A DNA stretch of 64,000 nt from Candidatus Saccharimonadales bacterium (GTDB lineage: Bacteria; Patescibacteriota; Saccharimonadia; Saccharimonadales; UBA7683), in NCBI GenBank assembly GCA_046350615.1, contig JAXMAA010000002.1, positions 21,204 through 85,203 of the forward strand, read 5' to 3'. The notes below the pieces were generated by a model. The model had not been told where the DNA came from and did not search any database. It was given only the letters and a program-made list of their open reading frames with translations. Made by a program: the position numbers and the translations under genes. Positions 60,455 to 64,000 of this stretch are shown piece by piece (position 1 is the stretch's first letter; each line of letters begins with the position of its first letter).

Positions 60455-61313
60455 CTCTAATATTGTCAAAATTCTTTTTCGGGAGATGCTTGATATTCAC
60501 GTTCTGTAGGCTGAAATTTATTTTTTCTAATTGACTTGGAGAAAGTACGAGTTGCCTAAAGCTGTCTCCACTCTTCTCTAGGGCTCCAACACCAATCCAG
60601 AATTTCATAATTGAACTTTTGGTAGTGCCAACTGAGATTGTAGTACCTGATGGAAGAGGTTGCGTGAACGCCATAATTTTTTCTGGCCGCCCTTTGTGGT
60701 ATCCAGGCTCGGCCTTAGTAGACATATAGGCATTATGCAGATGAAATACTTTCTCCTGCCATTTTGGGTCTCTAAGTTGCTCCTCGGTTGGTTTTGCGTT
60801 TAACCCAACCATTGCTCGCTGTGCTTCACTAAGTTCTGGAAGCCCACTTGGCGTCTCGGCGGTGAGTTTCTCGAGATTCCTTTTGAGTGATTCATTAAAT
60901 GCTTCTTCTGACGAAAATTGACCACCTACGGTAGTGATTGTCATTTTAAGATTTTTTGGCTGGTAACTCTTCAAGAAATCTATAAGCGACTGATAGCTCT
61001 TAATGTACGCATTGATGTCTTCTATCGGTGTGTTATTAAGTCGGTTCACAATATAGTCATCAACAAAGAAGTCAAACCATACGCCAGGCTCGTAGATTTC
61101 GCACACAGGCCTCACCCAGTTGCTGTAATACATCAATGCAAAAAGCTCCGCCCAATCTGTTTCAGGGGCTTCTTCTAATCGCCAAAGCTTGTAGGCACCA
61201 TGTAGGAAAGTAATATTGATTGGTTCATTTTTCTCTACATTGATAGTAATAGCGTTACGAATCTGCTTCTGTAAATCTTCATTGGCAGAATACTTTCGAA
61301 ACTTCTTAGACAT
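60444..61313 (-). CDS. hypothetical protein (289 aa) between ruvA and ruvB
   Basis: No motif was recognised. An in-frame upstream segment (61424-61362) is separated from it by a single TAG. Confidence 0.5.
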   Translation of the reverse strand: MSKKFRKYSANEDLQKQIRNAITINVEKNEPINITFLHGAYKLWRLEEAPETDWAELFALMYYSNWVRPVCEIYEPGVWFDFFVDDYIVNRLNNTPIEDINAYIKSYQSLIDFLKSYQPKNLKMTITTVGGQFSSEEAFNESLKRNLEKLTAETPSGLPELSEAQRAMVGLNAKPTEEQLRDPKWQEKVFHLHNAYMSTKAEPGYHKGRPEKIMAFTQPLPSGTTISVGTTKSSIMKFWIGVGALEKSGDSFRQLVLSPSQLEKINFSLQNVNIKHLPKKNFDNIRVIS

Positions 61314-61549
61314 AATGAGTCTATAAATATCATCAACCAGCTTTTCGTTGTCGGGCGGCTAATCTAGCTCAACAGGTTGAGCTAGTTCATCAAGTTTTGT
61401 TTGGATGTAATCTTGTGCAGTCATAATGTTTGGAGATACGGGGCAGACATGACCCTGCCGTATGTAGCCTTGCGGGCTACCACCTATTCTCAGTCACCGC
61501 ATCAGAGAGATTATAACATCAATGTAACTAACTGGTACAATGGTATTCA

Positions 61550-62581
61550 ATGGCGATTGAGCGGATTGTGAATACGAGTGTGGATGAGGTGGATCAGGCT
61601 GAGGAGCAGTTTGAGAATTCGCTGCGGCCGAAGGATTTTGCAAGCTATATTGGCCAGAAACGGTTGAAGACGAACTTGAAGTTAGCAATTGAGGCGGCTT
61701 TAAAGCGGGGCGAGCCGATGGAGCATATTCTGCTTTATGGTCCGCCGGGACTCGGCAAAACCACAATGGCTAGTATTATTGCGCATGAAATGGGTGCGCA
61801 GATTAGAATCACCTCTGGGCCGGCGATTAGTCGAGCGGGTGATCTAGCAAGCCTACTGACTAACCTACAAGACGGCGACATTCTATTTATTGATGAAATC
61901 CACCGCTTGGCGCGCAGCGTTGAAGAGGTGCTGTATTCGGCGATGGAGGATTACAAGCTTGATATTATGTTGGGCAAGGGACCGAGTGCTAAAAGCTTGC
62001 GGCTGGATTTACCAAAGTTTACCTTAATTGGCGCGACAACCAGAACGGGGGCGTTGGCGGCGCCACTGAGAGATCGGTTCGGGCATCTTCATAGGTTGGA
62101 ATTTTATACTGATGAAGAAATTGGGCAAATTATTGATCGTTCCGCCGATATTCTCGGAGTGAAAATTGATACTGATGCTGCTCAAAAAATTGCGATAAGG
62201 TCGCGATTAACACCACGCATTGCAAATCGTTTACTGAAGCGTGTACGTGATTATGCTGATGTAAATGGTGATGGCATCATTGACACAGTTGTTGCCGACC
62301 GTGCACTTGAAATGCTTGAAATTGATCATGCCGGGCTTGATCCGGCTGATCGGCGGTTGATTGAGGCTATTATAGAAAATCACGCTGGTGGCCCAGTGGG
62401 TGTGGAGACGTTAGCAGCGATTACAGGAGATGAGCGCTCAACGATTGAAGATTTCTTTGAGCCGTATTTGTTACAAATTGGTTTTCTGGAGCGCACCCCA
62501 CGTGGTAGAAAAGTTACGCAGAAGGGTTACCAACACGTTGGTAAAAAGCATCCGGGCAAAAAGCAAGCCGAGCTGTTATGA
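61550..62581 (+). CDS. ruvB: Holliday junction DNA helicase RuvB
   Basis: Walker [10 protein letters not shown], Walker B FIDEIH, and a winged-helix C-terminus. A TGgTACAAT box lies 8 nt upstream of the ATG. Confidence 0.95.
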   Translation: MAIERIVNTSVDEVDQAEEQFENSLRPKDFASYIGQKRLKTNLKLAIEAALKRGEPMEHILLYGPPGLGKTTMASIIAHEMGAQIRITSGPAISRAGDLASLLTNLQDGDILFIDEIHRLARSVEEVLYSAMEDYKLDIMLGKGPSAKSLRLDLPKFTLIGATTRTGALAAPLRDRFGHLHRLEFYTDEEIGQIIDRSADILGVKIDTDAAQKIAIRSRLTPRIANRLLKRVRDYADVNGDGIIDTVVADRALEMLEIDHAGLDPADRRLIEAIIENHAGGPVGVETLAAITGDERSTIEDFFEPYLLQIGFLERTPRGRKVTQKGYQHVGKKHPGKKQAELL

Positions 62582-62626
62582 TGCCAGCTGATTCTCGTGG
62601 CATATTTTTAGTATCACCGAGTCTAT

Positions 62627-63409
62627 TTGATGGAGTACAATAAGCGTATGGAAAAGAAAACGGAAAAGAAGATTTTAGGTTCGGTAGCGGTTGATTCACA
62701 AACAGGGATGGAACATTACGACCAGCCCAAGCAGACGCTCCGCTCTGCCGGTCAGACGGTGCAGATCGATTCTAACCAGGAGCTGCGTGATGATTTTCAA
62801 ACGCCGAATTATGGCGAGGCCAATGGGCGCACTACCAGCCAAAATCTTGCTGGAGTGCCGGAAGAATTCATGGGTTTATTTGAGCATGATCCAAGCGAGG
62901 TGATTGTGCATCAGGCTACACGTCACCCAATTGGGGTTTTGGCAATTTTCGTAATGGCTGGCGCAGCGGCACTGGTGGTTATTGCCACATACCTCTTCTT
63001 TGCAACTGATAGCTCGTTGGGGAGTTCACTCGGTATTAACCCGGCAAATGTTGGTGCCGTAGCTGGTCTTGTGACATTAATGCTCCTGATTGTGATTGCT
63101 GGAGTTTCTTTTTTGGCGGCTTACGTCTATCGTAAGAGTCGTATTATTTTGACGAATCAAAAAGTGGTATTAATTCAGTACCATAGCTTAATTGCCCGCG
63201 AGGTTTCGCAAATTAACATTGGTGAGGTTGAAGATGTCAATGTCTCTCAACCAGCGCTCCTTGATCGAATTTTCAAAACTGGTCGGGTTACTATTGAGAC
63301 TGCTGGTGAGCAAAACAACTACGTACTAGATCAGGTAGAGAAGCCATATGACTTTGCGCAAAAGACAGTGCAGATGCATGAAGGTTCAGTCGTAGAGTAC
63401 GGCAATTAA
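62627..63409 (+). CDS. membrane protein with bacterial PH (bPH_2/YdbS-YdbT-like) domain
   Basis: Two TM helices followed by ..RIILTNQKVVLIQ..ISQINIGEVEDVNVSQPALLDRIFKTGRVTIETAG... Confidence 0.65.
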   Translation: MMEYNKRMEKKTEKKILGSVAVDSQTGMEHYDQPKQTLRSAGQTVQIDSNQELRDDFQTPNYGEANGRTTSQNLAGVPEEFMGLFEHDPSEVIVHQATRHPIGVLAIFVMAGAAALVVIATYLFFATDSSLGSSLGINPANVGAVAGLVTLMLLIVIAGVSFLAAYVYRKSRIILTNQKVVLIQYHSLIAREVSQINIGEVEDVNVSQPALLDRIFKTGRVTIETAGEQNNYVLDQVEKPYDFAQKTVQMHEGSVVEYGN

Positions 63410-63646
63410 TCTCTAATGCACGCGAGCCAGATCAGTTAGTCACCCCAATTCAATAACAGCTCTCGAGCTCCGCAGCAGCCCAAGAGATACTGGCTGCTCG
63501 TAACATCGTCTTGGTGAGTTCTGGTTGGCAGTTTTGTTTTGCTTTTGCTGCCAAAAGTGATGAGGAGAATGTTTTCCTTTCCGCTGGCAAGCGTCCCTCG
63601 CCGTTATTCAATTGTTTGTTCGGCCAAGTCGTTTCTTGACCCAACA

Positions 63647-63666
63647 AAACAGAGGTTCCGCTGTTT
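63647..63666 (-). terminator. possible terminator of the pilin-like gene
   Basis: The minus strand reads AAACAG cggaacct CTGTTT followed by TGTT. Confidence 0.4.
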
Positions 63667-63716
63667 CAGGCGGTGGCCAATGGGGTGGGGCTGTATCTGC
63701 TTCTGGCAGACTTTGA

Positions 63717-64000
63717 TTACTTATTGAGGCTTTGTTTGATAAACGGGGCTTCTTTTTCAAGCTGTGCACTGAGTTCAAAACTTTTACACTTGGCTTCGAC
63801 GCAGGCGGCTGGTTTGTAGGCATAGGTGCTGCCGGCAGCATTAATTTCAAGATTATTTTTATCTTTCAAACTTTCTGGATCAATGCCAGCCAAGCTTGCT
63901 GCCTCTACTTTTTCCGGGTAGTAACCATTTTTTTCATGAAATGATTCAAGTTGGTAATATATTGCATTGATATCTGTTTTGCTGGCGGTATCTCGGTTCT
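63717..64000 (-). CDS. partial CDS (C-terminal 93 aa), type IV pilin/pseudopilin-like
   Basis: The frame is open from the window edge to TAA at 63719-63717. ..RDTASKTDINAIYYQLESFHEKNGYYPE.. resembles the segment just after the N-terminal helix of pilins, and a Cys pair (C66, C71) lies near the C-terminus. It is not in the ORF track because the start lies outside the window. Confidence 0.4.
   Translation of the reverse strand, partial: NRDTASKTDINAIYYQLESFHEKNGYYPEKVEAASLAGIDPESLKDKNNLEINAAGSTYAYKPAACVEAKCKSFELSAQLEKEAPFIKQSLNK

Noticed and set aside
63410-63716. SRP RNA / 6S RNA / tmRNA assignment for the spacer
   Set aside because: No GGAA-tetraloop domain IV motif (..GGTCCGGAAGGAAGCAGCC..), no tRNA-like end and no tag ORF were found.

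Overview
This window reads as a contiguous chromosomal segment of a small-genome, Gram-positive-type bacterium. From gene content alone (no search was run) it best fits Patescibacteria/CPR, Saccharibacteria-like. Housekeeping genes are present: pyrB, tilS, ftsH, murJ, lepA, folC/folA, hrcA-grpE..dnaK....dnaJ, a rimK cluster, comEC, yebC and ruvC/ruvA/ruvB. They are interleaved with many large secreted or surface proteins: DUF4214 + peptidoglycan-binding + M64-like peptidase, LTD-CotH-LTD, a 1198-aa beta-helix/DUF11 protein, an LTD protein with Cys repeats, an FN3 glycosidase, a secreted DUF1524 nuclease, and a pilin-like gene cut by the right edge. RNA genes are 4 tRNAs (three with anticodon CAT, one Lys-TTT) and an RNase P RNA that the ORF track reads as a 132-aa ORF. 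There is one IS200/IS605-type (RAYT-like) element and no CRISPR array or rRNA. The most unusual observations are: (1) in-frame heptanucleotide tandem repeats inside tilS and lepA, with 24 identical nt shared between the two genes; (2) a conserved ~110-nt hairpin-plus-leader module upstream of all three CAT tRNAs, one of which now precedes only a tRNA fragment; (3) a dispersed GTCATYC...GRATC hairpin repeat family and a 48-nt repeat carrying a consensus promoter; (4) four CIRCE operators, one directly in front of a LysE-type exporter, in a dnaK locus broken up by inserted genes; (5) a DUF1704 (MATCAP-like carboxypeptidase)-RimB-RimK-DUF192 operon; (6) many genes whose -10 box sits 6-11 nt from the start codon (leaderless-type); (7) a 2-nt deletion frameshift in yebC and an in-frame TAG in an unknown gene between ruvA and ruvB. 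All coordinates were counted by eye and may be off by 1-2 nt. Family names come from recognised motifs, not database hits.
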